Assembly: GCF_001194135.2 (NCBI RefSeq)
Contig: NC_068984.1
Location: 98,819,538-98,883,537 of the forward strand
Direction of reading: 5' to 3'
From: Octopus bimaculoides
Lineage: Eukaryota
Length of the DNA stretch: 64,000 bases
This document shows, piece by piece, positions 39,151 through 51,739 of this stretch. The notes beneath the pieces are model-generated. The model did not search any database and was not told the origin of the DNA. It saw nothing but the letters and a program-made list of their open reading frames with translations. Each line of letters starts with the position of its first letter. Position 1 is the first letter of the stretch. A program made the translations under genes and the position numbers.

Positions 39151-39859
39151 GTTCTGAGGTCCAAGTTTTGGCGAAGTAAGTGGTAATCAGAAGAGAGAAA
39201 GAGAGAGACAGACAGACAGAGTGAGGCTGAAAGAGAGAAAGACAGAGTGAGGCAGAGAGAGAGAGGGGGTGCCAAAGTTAGGGTGGTCAGAACATGGAGA
39301 AAAATAATTAACAGACTACTTCTACTTCTCTCAATATCTTCATCACGCAACCTCTCCAGCTTCCTGAACTAATCTCATCTCTTCTTACCCTTCCTTGCTT
39401 CAACACTCCCCACACGTCCCTCGAGCTACCTACTTCCTTCCTCTTCACCCATTGTACCTTTAAATTTCCCTGCATAGTGATTTGAAATGTTAGATTTTTA
39501 TCTCTCTACCTGAAGATGGAGGCCAGATGTACCCACTGTTTATTTGATTCTATTACTGGTTGCATATTTTTGTGGACTACATCTGAACATTACGAAGTAA
39601 CTCTGAGCCCCCAGGAACAGCTGTTAAACTTGTAACACCATACCTTCTCTCCTTTAATTTTCTGTGTCTTTGTACTCTGTGTAAGATTGCTCTGTTAATA
39701 TATGAATATCTATATATTTATACTTTAATATTCGTCTGAAAATTTTCAGTCTTTGCTTTCTCTCTTTTTACATGTATACATATATTTTGTATATCTAACC
39801 CAAGCAGTTTTATTCATCTGTCTGCATCATTATCTTTCTGTATATATGCATGTGCGCAC

Positions 39860-39977
<118 letters not shown>

Positions 39978-40602
39978 ATACTCACAAGAACACATAGAAA
40001 TTATTTGAGACTGGATTTGGCTAAATGTCTTTGAGATCAGCAGTTAAATGGCATTTAATGCCCCTGAGAGATTAAATCATTCCACAAAAATAATAACTAG
40101 CTTTGAAATCTTGAAGACGAGGATGAGAACTTAGACTAAATTTTCTCTCTTCAGTTGTAAAATTCAGTTGACATGGAATTATATATTTGAATATTCCAAT
40201 ACCAACATTTTGTATGACTTAGGAACATATATTGGTGAAATATTGATAATTCTTGAAATAGGTTTATGTCAGATAAACCTTTATATACTCATAAGCTTCC
40301 TCTTACACTTGGGACAAGAACAGGACATATTCCAATAATGAATTTATATATCATGTATATATATATGTGTGCATGTTTGATATAAACTCAAGTTTATATT
40401 ATATCACACACACACACACACACACACACATTATAAATACACATATGTGCATACTCACTGAGAGTAATATATAAATAGGTCCCACAAGAGAAGATGTATA
40501 CATTTATTCATAGATGGATGGAGACGTGTATATGCATATGTATGCATATCCATCCATCATCTATCTATAAATGCATATATACTCAAATACGTACAGACAC
40601 AT

Positions 40603-40643
<41 letters not shown>

Positions 40644-40704
40644 CACATTATTCCTATGAATGTATATAATCATCTATGTGAACATATACACAATGTTATG
40701 CATG

Positions 40705-41030
40705 TATACATAGGCACAGGCATGACTGTTTGGTAAGAAGCTTGCTTCCCAGCCACATGGTTCTGGGTTCAGTCCCACAATGTGAGACCTTGTGTAAGTG
40801 TCTTTTACTATAGCCTTGGGCTAACCAAGAAACTGAAAGAAGCCCATCATGTGTGTGTGTGTGTGCCAATGTTTGCTCTCCAGCAGTACTTGACAACCAG
40901 TGTTGGTTTTATTTACATTCACATAACTTAGTGGTTTGGCAAAAGAAACTGATGGAATAAGTAACAGGCTTAAAAAAGAAGGTACTGGTGTCAATTCAGT
41001 CTAATGTTTGAAACAAGTAAAGGATAAAAA
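40705..41030 (+). mobile_element. tRNA-derived SINE S1, near full length
   Basis: ggcacaggcatgactgtttggtaagaagcttgcttcccagccacatggttctgggttcagtccca (A/B-box-like), internal (TG)n, tail ending gaaacaagtaaaggataaaa. Confidence 0.88.
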
Positions 41031-41559
41031 ATATACTGTGAGCATGCATGCTTATCTTTCTTCTAACCCATCCCCACACTCCAACAACCACATGACATCT
41101 CTTGTCCATCTCTTGTCTACTGTATCATCATTCTTGTTCTGCTGCTCTGCATTGTCAGTCATCTCTTACCTCCCTTAACTCATATATCATTTGGTCATCC
41201 ACCATCACATCTGCCCTTCAACCTGATCCAGTCTTTTTAGTGTTAGCCCACGTCCCCTCCCCTCATCCATTTCTCATCTCTTACCTCAAACTCACTTGCA
41301 ACTACCACCCTGCTACACTCCTAGCTCCTCTATCTCACTCAAGTTCACTCATCTTAAGGGTTCACTCTGCTACACCATTACTGCTATTTTTATCTCTATC
41401 CAGCTCTATCTGATCACTCCCAATCCTTCTACTAAAACGTGAGTTGTCATGTAGTTTCTCAACAGTGAGAATACTGTTCTACACAGGCCCCTTCTCTTAT
41501 AATTTTACCCGTTGTCTCCTAACTCAAAGCTAACCCCTTGATATTCATAATCCTACAAG

Positions 41560-41772
41560 CTGCATGATGACCTCACTTGTGCTAGTGACATAAAAAATAG
41601 CACACAGTATATACTGTAAAGTGGTGGGTATTCGGAAAGATATCTAGTCATAGAAATCATGTCAAAGTACACACTATAGCATGATGCATTCTTTGGATAC
41701 ACTGGATCCTGTCAAACCCACTAACACATGCCAGTATGGAACATGAGCACTAAATGATGATGATGATGATGA

Positions 41773-41810
<38 letters not shown>

Positions 41811-42205
41811 NNNNNNNNNNNNNNNNNNNNNNNNNNNNNNNNNNNNNNNNNNNNNNNNNNNNNNNNNNNNNNNNNNNNNNNNNNNNNNNNNNNNNNNNNN
41901 NNNNNNNNNNTCCTAACGCCAACCGCTCTGAGAGTGTAGTGGGTGCTTTTATGTGCCACCAGCACAGGGGCCAGTCAGGCATCACTGGCAACGGTCATGC
42001 TCAAATGGAGTTTTTTACATGCCACCTGTACAGGAGCCAGTCCAGCGGCACTGGCAATGACCTCACTCGAATATTTTTTCACGTGCCAGTAAGGCAATGC
42101 TGGTAATGATCACATTTGGATGGTGCTCTTAGCGCTCCACTAGCATGATGCCAGTCATTGAATTTGATTTCGATTTCACTTGCCTGAACAGGTCTTTGCA
42201 AGCAG
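41560..42205. mobile_element. Two RTE 3' tails in opposite orientation across a 100-N gap
   Basis: Plus-strand tail 41560-41770 ending (gat)n; minus-strand tail 41911-42205 with the UTR tandem unit. Confidence 0.7.
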
Positions 42206-42662
42206 AAGGTCTTTATATATATATATATATATATAATAATATTAGGGACAAAATCCAAAATTACAGGCAAAAAACTCAATTAAAATCAATTTATAAAAAA
42301 TTAAAATTAAATTGAGCCTTATAATTTTTCTATATGTGATAGTGGATTTTCATCGATGAGTTCTTGATAATTGGTTATTTTCCCTAAAACTNNNNNNNNN
42401 NNNNNNNNNNNNNNNNNNNNNNNNNNNNNNNNNNNNNNNNNNNNNNNNNNNNNNNNNNNNNNNNNNNNNNNNNNNNNNNNNNNNNNNNNNNNNNNNNNNN
42501 NNNNNNNNNNNNNNNNNNNNNNNNNNNNNNNNNNNNNNNNNNNNNNNNNNNNNNNNNNNNNNNNNNNNNNNNNNNNNNNNNNNNNNNNNNNNNNNNNNNN
42601 NNNNNNNNNNNNNNNNNNNNNNNNNNNNNNNNNNNNNATATATATATATATATATATATATA

Positions 42663-43364
42663 GTAGGTTGAGTCAAAAGTTTCTATTGTATTTCAAGCTT
42701 TTATTAATAGTTCAAGCAAATTACATAAAGGAAGCATTTATTCATCAAAATATATCCCATCATATTCAATTATGTGTTGTAATCATTGTGCCAAAAGCTC
42801 AATTCGCTATTTAAACTGTTTGACTGGATTAGAGACAAAAAAACTCCCTGCACCTGTTCTCGACCTCATCCAAATTGTTGAACCTCTATCCAAGGAGGAT
42901 ATGAGCCATGCCTCAGAGAAAGTGGTAATCTGATGGTGCTAGGTCTGAACTGTAGGTATGGTGAGGCAAAACTTCCAACCCCTCAAGTTCCTACTTGGTC
43001 AAAAGTGCTTGTGCTTGGCTTTTGTTCACTTCTTTCAAGCAAGGCCTTATCTTTCACAGCAGAAGATCTCCTTGACCTTGGTTTATCTTCGAGACTGGTA
43101 TCACTTTCCTTGAAACATCTGAACCAGTTTTGTGTCATGCATTTGTTGACAGTTCCTGGGGCTTCAACGTTATTAATTTCTTTTGCTGATGCCCTTGCAT
43201 CCAGTCATCTTTTCCACAGGTAGTATGAAATGATTCGAATTGCAATTTTTTCACCACTCATTATCAACAATAATTGAACAAGATGTATCAAATTAATGAT
43301 ATAACAAGGAGATACAAGTTGCCAAAAGCTATCAGTGAAAATCCGAACTTTTGACTCAACCTGG
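42663..43364 (-). mobile_element. Non-autonomous mariner deletion derivative
   Basis: TIRs gtaggttgagtcaaaagtt / aacttttgactcaacctgg (17/19 match), TA both sides. Remnants TQNWFRCFKESDTSLEDKPRSRR (HTH end) and PYLQFRPSTIRLPLF*GMAHIL (degenerate YSPDLAP.DYHLF). Confidence 0.88.
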
Positions 43365-43382
43365 TATATATTTAAATATCCA

Positions 43383-43414
<32 letters not shown>

Positions 43415-43455
43415 CCTCCCTCCTCTCTCTCTCCCTCCTCTCTCTNNNNNNNNNN

Positions 43456-43498
<43 letters not shown>

Positions 43499-43799
43499 TG
43501 TACTGTCTCGTGATAGAAAATTCAACAAAAAATGTATTCCATCTGGTGAGAGATAAATATTATTTATTTAAAGGTCATAATACATTTATTAAAGCACTGC
43601 TAACAGTTTCATATATTGAGAAAACTCAAGCATGTTCTTCAGGAGCAAACCGCGTATCATAATGAGCTAAAAAAAATTGAATAATAGAAGTAACATGAAA
43701 AAACTGAGAAGGCAGCATATAGAAAACGTACAAAGTAAATAACAGATAACAAAAATATAAAAACTAAATGTAAAAAATAGAAAGTAAAAAGTAAAAACC

Positions 43800-43965
43800 G
43801 ATGTATGATTAAATCTATCATATATGAGGCAGAAGTTACTGCAATCCTAAATAATAATACAGCTGGTAAGAAGATTCATACTGGATTATGTGCAGGTAAA
43901 TTTAAATATTGCTATGCCAATCACATCGCCTCTTTCCAAGATAGGGACAAAAGTAAAGCTACTAA
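43800..43965 (+). mobile_element. PLE GIY-YIG fragment
   Basis: SIIYEAEVT...KIHTGLCAGKFKYCYANHIASFQDRDKSKAT resembles the IY.A.V...YIGL....FK.RY.NH..SF pattern. Confidence 0.65.
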
Positions 43966-43971
43966 CATTAT

Positions 43972-44340
43972 TTACATTATTTACATTTGACAGGTATTTG
44001 TCCTCAGCTTGTTTCAGATGATATACCCTCCAGCTTTCATCAGAGCATATGGTGCAGTAGTTAAGAGCACAGGCTACTAACCCCAAGATTCTGAGTTCGA
44101 TTCCAGGCAGTGACTGCATAATAATAATAATAATAATAATAACAACAACAACAACATCGAAAAATACCTTAGGAATGAGAACCCAGGTTTGAAATTTCCC
44201 CAAGACACCTGATGAAAGCTGGAGGGTATGTCAGCCGAAATGTGTTAACAACAAACAAGATGAGGACAAATATCTGTCAAATGTAAATAATGTACATAAT
44301 TCCTCATCTCTTAAATATAGAACTGTAAAGCTACTAGGTT
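43972..44340 (+). mobile_element. tRNA-headed element with HHR-bearing tail and inverted partial tail copy (family B)
   Basis: A-box tggtgcagtag (44050-60), B-box gagttcgattcc (44093-104), (AAT)n linker, HHR-like 44205-44246; 43972-44043 is the reverse complement of 44209-44294 with an internal deletion. Confidence 0.8.
44205..44246 (+). ncRNA. Hammerhead ribozyme, probably inactivated copy (family B)
   Basis: ACAC-CUGAUGA-A-AGCUG[GAGGGUAUGU]CAGCC-GAAA-(stem III/triplet apparently deleted)-GUGU; stem I ACAC/GUGU; the inverted copy retains GAAAC. Confidence 0.6.
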
Positions 44341-44940
44341 GGCTAGCTATGTATGGACTTTGAAAGATAACGAAATAGAAAGCAATTGAGAAATCCATAC
44401 CTCATGTTAATGGATAGAATAAGAACCCTAACTATCTATTGAACTCCAAGTCAGAAATTTTCAACAGTTGCACGCATATGTATAAATATATTTTGAATAA
44501 TTGGAAAATTCCGCCTATTCCTGACTGACTTGATGTTTTCCTGCCTTATCATTTAAAGTCGAAGGAGGATAACTCTTTTTCGTTTTTACTTTGTATTTTT
44601 TACATTTTAGTTTTTATATTTCTGTTTATTTTCTGACTTTTCTATATGATGCCTTCTCAGTTTTTGTCTGTTTTTCTTAGTTCATTATCATATGTGGTTT
44701 GTGCCTGAAAAATATGTTGGAGTTTTATCAACATTTGAAACTATTAGTAGTGCTTTCATACATGTATTGTGACCTTTAAATAAATAATGTATATATACAT
44801 AAAATATACATGTATGTATGTATGTATGTATGTATATATATATATATATGTAAAGAATAAAAAGTTTAGAAAGGTATAACAATGCACTATAGAACAAAAA
44901 ATGGACTATATACCTGTTGTAACTTGATTATCTATAGTCC

Positions 44941-44976
44941 GATGATATTTCGGAATTAGAATTCCTTCTTCAGATC
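44941..44976 (-). ncRNA. Minimal hammerhead ribozyme (family A, left arm)
   Basis: GAU-CUGAAGA-A-GGAAU[UCUA]AUUCC-GAAA-UAUC^-AUC. Confidence 0.62.
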
Positions 44977-45656
44977 TTATTTGCTGGAGTCTCTGCTATA
45001 AACTGTTTTCCAACGGTTTTTCTTTTTTTGGAAGCGTCTCAGTAGTGGTCTCACGAAGCTTCTTCTGGAATTCCTCATGAGAAGTGCGTGAGGTCGGCTG
45101 TTTCAATCTCGTGTGTGTTGTGTTGGTACATCTGTGGCGCTGCTTCTAAGTTATGTGTTATACGTGCAGCTTCTCTTTTTCTTTTTTTCCCTTTTTTTTG
45201 TTGTAAACAATATATGAGGATGTTATTAAGAAACTGACAAAAGCATAACAGTCACAATTGAGGCCAATGAAAGAAATTTGGGTGATTTAAGAATCAAGGA
45301 AGCTTTACTCATACACAGACTAGGACCCCAAATTAACAACAGCCTAGAGGTTGGTAATCAATATATTATTTAGCTATATCTGGATGTGTGTAGGTTCATT
45401 CTTAATAACATCCTCATGTATTGTTTGCAACAAAAAAAGAAGGGAAAAAAAGAAAAAGAGAAGCTGCACGTATAACACATAACTAAGAAGCAGCGCCACA
45501 GATGTACCAACACAACACACACGAGATTGAAACAGCCGACCTCACGCACTTCTCCTGAGCAATTCCGGAAGAAGCTTTGTGAGACCACTACTGAGACGCT
45601 TCCGAAAAAAGAAAAACCGTTGGTAAACAGTTTATAGCAGAGACTCCAGCAAATAA

Positions 45657-45692
45657 GATCTGAAGAAGGAATTGTAATTCCGAAATATCATC
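45657..45692 (+). ncRNA. Minimal hammerhead ribozyme (family A, right arm)
   Basis: GAU-CUGAAGA-A-GGAAU[UGUA]AUUCC-GAAA-UAUC^-AUC; stem III is a loopless AUAU palindrome, implying a dimeric fold. Confidence 0.62.
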
Positions 45693-45879
45693 GGACTATA
45701 GATAACCAAATTACAACAGGTATATAGTCCATTTTTTGTTCTATAGTGCATTGTTATATCTTTCTAAACTTTTTATTCTTTACAAACAATACACAATGCT
45801 TCAAATGAACTACAATACTCTCTTATATATATATATATATGTATGTATATATATGTATATATATATATATATATGTATA

Positions 45880-47700
45880 TCATCATCATCATCGTCGTCA
45901 TTTAACGTCTGCTTTCCATGCTGGCATGGGTTGAATGGTTTGACTGAGGGCTGGCAAGCCAGAAAGCTTCACCAGGCTCCAATTTAATCTTGCAAAGTTT
46001 CTACAGCTGGATGCCCTTCCTGATGCCAACCACTCTGAGAGTGTAGTGGGTGCTTTTTACATGCTATCTGCATGAAGGCCAGTATGGCAGTACTGGTATC
46101 GACCATGCTTGAATGGTGCTTTTTATGTGTCACTGGTACAGGAGCCTGTCAAGTGGCACTGACAATGATCATGCTCAAATGGTGCTTTTTATGTGCCACC
46201 GGCACAGGACCAGTCAAGCGGTACTGGCTTTGACCATGCTCAAATGGTGCTTTTTACATGCCACCAGCATGGGTGCCAATCAGTTGGTACTGTCATCAGT
46301 CAGGACAATGACTTCACTTGACTCAACAGGTCTTCACTAGAACAGTTTATTACCCAATGATTGAAGGGTACTCTTAGATGGGCCAGTTGTGCTGCACTGG
46401 TATAGACCACGGTTATGATCTCACTTGGCTTGCCAGGTCTTCTCAAGCACTGCATATCTCCAAAGGTCTCAGTCACTTGTCATCACTTCTGTGAGGCCCA
46501 ATGTTCGAAAGTCATGCGTCACCACCTCATCCAAGGTCTTCCTGTTCTACCTCTTCCACAGCTTCTCTCAACTGCTAGGGTGTGACATTTTTCACACAGC
46601 TGTCCTCATCCATACACAACACATCACCATACCAGCGCAGTCGTGTCTCTCTTGCACACCACATCTGATGTTTCTTAAATCCAACTTTTCTCTCAGGGCA
46701 CATACACTCTGTCGTGTATGCACACTGACATTACACATCCAGTGGAGCATACTGACTTCATTCCTTGTGAGCTTACGCATGTCCTCAGCAGTCACAGCCC
46801 ATGTTTCACTGCTATGTTGCATGGCTGTTTGCACACATGCATCATACAGTCTACCTTTTACTGTGAGCGAGAGGCCCTTTGTCGCTCAGGCTATTCTTAT
46901 TCTAGCAGCTACACTCTCAGAGCATCCACCCCAGCTACCGACTTGGTCACCTAGGTAACTGAAGCTATTAACTACTTCTAATTTTCCCCCCTGGCATGTG
47001 ATGGAAGCTGTTTTCTGCACATTTCCAGTGTTTATTACCCCTGAGCATTTGCCACACACAAAAACTATCTTCTTAGTTAGCCTTCCTTTGAAATTGCTGC
47101 ACCTCTTATGTGTCCATAGCTTACACTGGGTACATCTTATAGAGTTTCTACCTACACCTTTTCTACAGATCGAGCAGGGCCATCTACCTGAATGGATTTG
47201 TGATTTGTCTGCCTTCCTATCTATTAAGACTTTGGTTTTTACTAGATTGACTCTAAGGCCCTTCGATTCTAGTCCTTGCTTCCACACCTGAAACTTCTCC
47301 TCTAGTTCTGATAGTGACTCCTCTGTTAGAACAATGTCATAGGCATAGAGAAGCTCCCAGGGGCATCTTGTCTTGAATTCCTCTGCTATTACCTGGAGGA
47401 AGATGATGAATAAGACGGGGATGAGGACTGATCCTTGGTAGACCCCTACCCCTACCTGGAATTCTTCACTATACTTGTTACCAACCTTCACCTTACTGAC
47501 AGCATCCCTGTACATGGCTTGTACATCTCTCACTAACCATTCATCTATTCCCAGTTTCCACATTGATCACCAGATAAGGGAGCAGGAGACCCTGTCAAAG
47601 GCTTTCTCCATGTCAACGAAAGCCAGATACGGAGGTTTATCTTTGGCTAGATACTTCTCCTGCAGCTATCTTATGAGAAATATAGCAACAGTGGTGCTAT
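45880..47700 (-). mobile_element. 5'-truncated RTE-clade LINE
   Basis: ORF 46886-47563 MWKLGIDEWLVR..QAMY...VGVYQGSVLIPVLFII...ELLYAYDIVL...GLRVNLVKTKV (RT domain; YADD decayed to YAYD); upstream YLAFVDMEKAFDRV; 3' UTR with tandem units and (GAT)n tail. Confidence 0.93.
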
Positions 47701-47947
47701 ATTCCATGGCATAAACCCAAACTACATCTTGTCTAAACTAACTCTTTCTAATTATGCAACACTAATGATAAATCTGTTATTTTAATGAGTTGTATCTATT
47801 TATCCCCTGGCAAGATACATTTGCACTACCTGATGCTCCTGAACCAGTTGTTGAGTGTCCCACCCATGAAGGATTGATGCTAGATGTGTCGAAACAATTT
47901 CTGTGATTAATAAATTCTTGTATATTCCATCTTCCGTCTTTCATTTA

Positions 47948-47984
<37 letters not shown>

Positions 47985-48860
47985 ATAAATGCGAAAACTA
48001 ATTTATGTGTGTCAGTGTGGCACACTTAGACCCCCCTCCTATTATCCAATGACACTCCTACTATTCCTCATGATGGAGTGAGAGTAATAGTAGGCATAGT
48101 AACTGTGAGGGTGGTGGCAAAGTCAGAGAGAGAAAGAAAGAAAAAGAGGAGGAGAGAAAGAGAGACAAAGAAATTTAGGGAGAGTTGATGTTTTATTAAA
48201 AGTAGTAGTGTTGACGGTGGCAGTGGGAGTAAAAATAAAAGGGAGAGAAAGCGTGGGTGTGTGAGAGAAAAAGGGAGCTAATGTACAACTTTGTTTAACC
48301 ACGTCTCTTTGCTAGAAATTCCTGTTGCCAACATACTGAATACTATCATATTTGTTTTACTTTTTGCATTCTTTAATACACACACACACACACACATACA
48401 CATAAAATACACTTTAATTGAAATAAAGTTTCCCCAAAATTAAGCATATCTAATATAATAAATGCGAATGTCAGTGTGTCACACATTTTCAACTTTAATA
48501 AATCCTTTCTACTGGAAACACAATTTTGGGGGTAGGGACTAAGTCGATTACATCAACCCTAGTACGTAACTAGTACTAATTTTATAGACCCCCGAAAGGA
48601 TGAAAGGCAAAGTCGACCTTGGCTGTATTCGAACTCAAAACCTAACAGTAGATGAAATACCGCTAAGCATTTTGCCTGGTGTGCTAACGATTCTGCCAGC
48701 TCACCACCTTAACATAATAATATAATATAGTATAATATAATAAATGTGAATGTCACTGTGTCACACTTTTTCAACTTTACTCCTAGAGCCCACAGCCCAA
48801 CATATACCATTTTGAAATCAGGCTGACTCCATGAGTAAATTAAAAACATTTCGGGCTGAA
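47985..48860 (+). mobile_element. Non-autonomous Helitron-like termini (three ataataaatg(c/t)gaa starts)
   Basis: a|TCtaatataataaatgcgaatgtcagtgtgtc at 48449 resembles the 5' ends of animal non-autonomous Helitrons; related starts at ~47985 and ~48730; a CTAG at ~48313-48316 may end the first copy. Confidence 0.4.
48505..48712 (-). mobile_element. tRNA-derived SINE S2
   Basis: gaccccgaaaggatgaaaggcaaagtcgacc...cgaactcaaaac...ccgctaagcattttgcc...ttctgccagctcaccacc. Confidence 0.88.
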
Positions 48861-50968
48861 TCCGTTCGTTGGAGGAAGCATATTCTGTATTGCCATCACC
48901 CTTGATGGGTCTGGCTTTTGTCCCCTTTCGTCAATTACTTGACCTAAATATTTGATTTTTTTTCATCAAATTTTCACACTTTTCCTCTATTAGTCTAAAC
49001 CCATATTCATTTACTTTTCCGAATACTTTCTTAATATGTCTGAAGTGCTGCTCCATTGATTTGCAATCATTTAACAGTGCGTCCATGAATTTATGCAATC
49101 CACGGTATGTGTTGATTGTTAAAAGGTATGTACAATCTTCCTCTGTGTCTGTAGATAGGCCTCAGAGGGGTCTAACTTTGAGAAAATTTTTCCTCCATTT
49201 AGTTTTGAGAACACTTCTTCTGGGCTTAGTAATGGATAATTGTGTTCAACTAAACAATCATTTAATCCAGTTGAAAAGTCTGCACACACTCTTAGTTTAT
49301 TATTTTTTTCTTTACATAAACTGTTGGAGCTGCCCAGTCTGAATGATTGACTTTTTCAATTATAGCTAGACTTTCTAGTCATTCTAGCCCTTTATTGACC
49401 TGGTCCAATGTCACAAATGGCACATTTCGTTTGGGCCTAAAAACAGGTGTTGCCTTTTCTTTTACCACGATCCTTGGTTTTGTTTTAATGCAACAGCCTA
49501 ATCCTTCCCAAAAAAACATTTGGAAACAATTTTTTTAATTTCTTTGTCTCGGTTGTTCAACTTCATTCAAATTTTTAAACATGTCAACTACATTTTCACA
49601 GAGAACACTATTGGGAATATCCTACATTTCAAATAACTCCATGTATTCAGTACTAAATAAGTTTAGTGATTTTTTCATTTTCATTTCACCTTGAAAAGTT
49701 ACATTGCAAATACATTTACCAATGAAATATCATTTCTTTCCAGTGATTTCATATACTACTTTATTTGATTTAAATAATTTCAGCTTACCGATTTGTCGCC
49801 ATGTTTCTTCATTTATGATAGTGATGTCACTACCCATGTCTAATTACATTTTGACACAAGTGGTTTCGATTCTCAACTTGATGAATTTTCTGTTGTACAA
49901 ACTTTTCCTCTGATGACAAGCTATTTTTTTCTCGTTTGGTCCAATTTTTCATCATCATAGTTCTGCAGTGTGATTTAATGTATCCTGTGTTCCCAGACTA
50001 ACAACACTTTGCTTTTTTGAATGGACCCTCTTTCCTTAGGTGCCTACCACCGCATGCCATATATTGGTTTATCTCCTGTTGTATATTGTGTTCTTTTGTG
50101 AAACACTTTATCTGTCTTCCAACTCTTCCGCACTGGTTTTATCTGTAAATGATCTCTGCATTGGATTTCTTCTGTGTCGTGCCCCTGGTTCATTCCAGCT
50201 TGTAAGAATTTTCATTCTGACTTCTGCTTTCTTTTTAGCAGCAAGTCCCTGAACAAAAATTAGGCACTTGAACAAGTCTGGAGTTAGTTTATCTAGTTTA
50301 AATCCCTTACACTCTCTGTTCACTCTACCGGTATATGTGATGAAGTCTTTGTCTCACTTTTCTCCATGCTCAAACACTTCCAACGTGTGTTGAACAACAA
50401 CGTTATTTTCACTGAACATCTTACATAAAATGTCAATTGTGTCTGTGAAATTTATGTTAGAAATTTTTTTAGGTAATATAAAATTACAGTATATCTCATG
50501 CTCTATCCTCACCAGTTTCCTCAGAATTAGAAAAGGTTTCATTTTGTCTATCCAGTCTCGGCATTCTTTTCCAAAAATTTGTTCAAATCCTTGGTAATAT
50601 GCCTCAAAGGTGACTTTTTCTTCTGGGTCATATTTAAATTCATTTATTGAATTTGCTACATGGCCTGGCAAAAACGTATTTTCCAATTTTGTTACCAACT
50701 TCAATAGTTGTAGTATTTGTTACTGTAACATTTGTTGTTGTTCTTGAAGTTGTTGTTGTTTTGTCAACTCAGCTAAACCCTCTAACAAGTTTTCCATAAT
50801 TTTACAGATTTTTCGCAAAGTATATACAGCAAAAATGTTTGTTACTCCTCTGTCAAGTTTTTAATTTCTCCACACGAAAAAAGTTTTGAATGTTGTCCAC
50901 GTGAATTGTTTATTTTCTCATGAAAAAACAAAGTTTTTTTTTTAATGTTGTCCATGTGAATTGTTTAT

Positions 50969-50981
50969 ATCCTCATCGCCA
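50969..50981 (-). promoter_or_regulatory. Primer-binding site, tRNA-Ser(GCU)-type
   Basis: TGGCGATGAGGAT one base after the LTR end; differs by one C>T from the complement of a tRNA 3' end AUCCUCGUCGCCA. Confidence 0.75.
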
Positions 50982-50982
50982 C

Positions 50983-51241
50983 TGTTATAATGTGGATTCT
51001 CATCCACTTGTATGTTATTGTCAGCACTGTAATATTCTTGTCACCACTATTATGTTGTGACAGTATTCTGCTTCTTATCTTTGACTTGTCTATCGTGCTA
51101 TTGCTGGTAGCTCTACAAGACAATGACTTTGAGATGTCTACCTTGATGGTAACTCAAACTTGTATTTATCACGTAACTGACATTGACACTGAGTCCAACT
51201 GAGAACTCATACAATGACTCTACTACTACTGACCCCCTACA
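50983..51241 (-). repeat. 5' LTR (259 bp, TGT...ACA)
   Basis: Minus strand starts TGTAGGGGG and ends ATAACA, immediately before the PBS. Confidence 0.7.
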
Positions 51242-51739
51242 ATGACTAAGCTAGTGGATTAGAGGTGGAGAGAGTGTATGTATTAGAGAGTACCAATAAC
51301 TTAGAACATGTACGTTTGCTTGGATGGCCAAGGAAGGGAAGAGAAGAGACAGTGACAACATCAGGAGTTTCAGGTGAAAGGAGAAAGTGTATGCTGGAAA
51401 AGGCAGGGATTTTTGGGGTAGAGTATGTGAGGGAGAATGATTGACAACAGCAAACTCACTTGCTAAATCCATATGTAAAGCATTATCAAAACCACATCAC
51501 AAAAACATAAGGATTCTTCTTTATGGTCAGGAAGTACTTTAGCCAGGGTAAGATGCTGACTCATGTAGAAATCTTTTGTAACCTAACCAATACTATTTAG
51601 CTTTGGTCTTCTATACTTTCAGCCATCACTTTCTTTCTCTCTCTCCCCTCTCTCTCTTGGGTCACTGCTATTACTACCCAACTCTTACTCTTGCCTTTAT
51701 CTTATCAACTACTCTTACTGTTGTCCACCATATATATAT

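Larger units (their letters stand above)
44849..45784. mobile_element. PLE family A foldback: inverted pseudo-LTRs (44849-45232 / 45399-45784) around the ORF end
   Basis: ~385-bp arms with few mismatches; spacer 45233-45373 encodes TDKSITVTIEANERNLGDLRIKEALLIHRLGPQINNSLEVGNQYII*, nearly identical to the 29.5 kb ORF end. Confidence 0.93.
48850..51241 (-). mobile_element. Ty3/Gypsy (Mag-like) LTR retrotransposon, 3'-truncated and deleted
   Basis: Gag VANSINEFKYDPEEKVTFEAYY...EHEIYCNFILPK, NRECKGFKL...FKCLIFVQGL; RT remnants LTINTYRGL and IKYLGQVID..GQKPDP; one LTR and PBS present. Confidence 0.88.

Noticed and set aside
44043-44115. Functional tRNA gene
   Set aside because: A and B boxes are present but the acceptor stem does not pair and there is no T-run terminator; interpreted as a SINE-type head.
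47865-47905. Degenerate HHR (cacc-catgaagga-gatgc[tagat]gtgtc-gaaac...)
   Set aside because: Stem II and GAAA are present but the CUGANGA box and stems I/III are damaged; at most a fossil.
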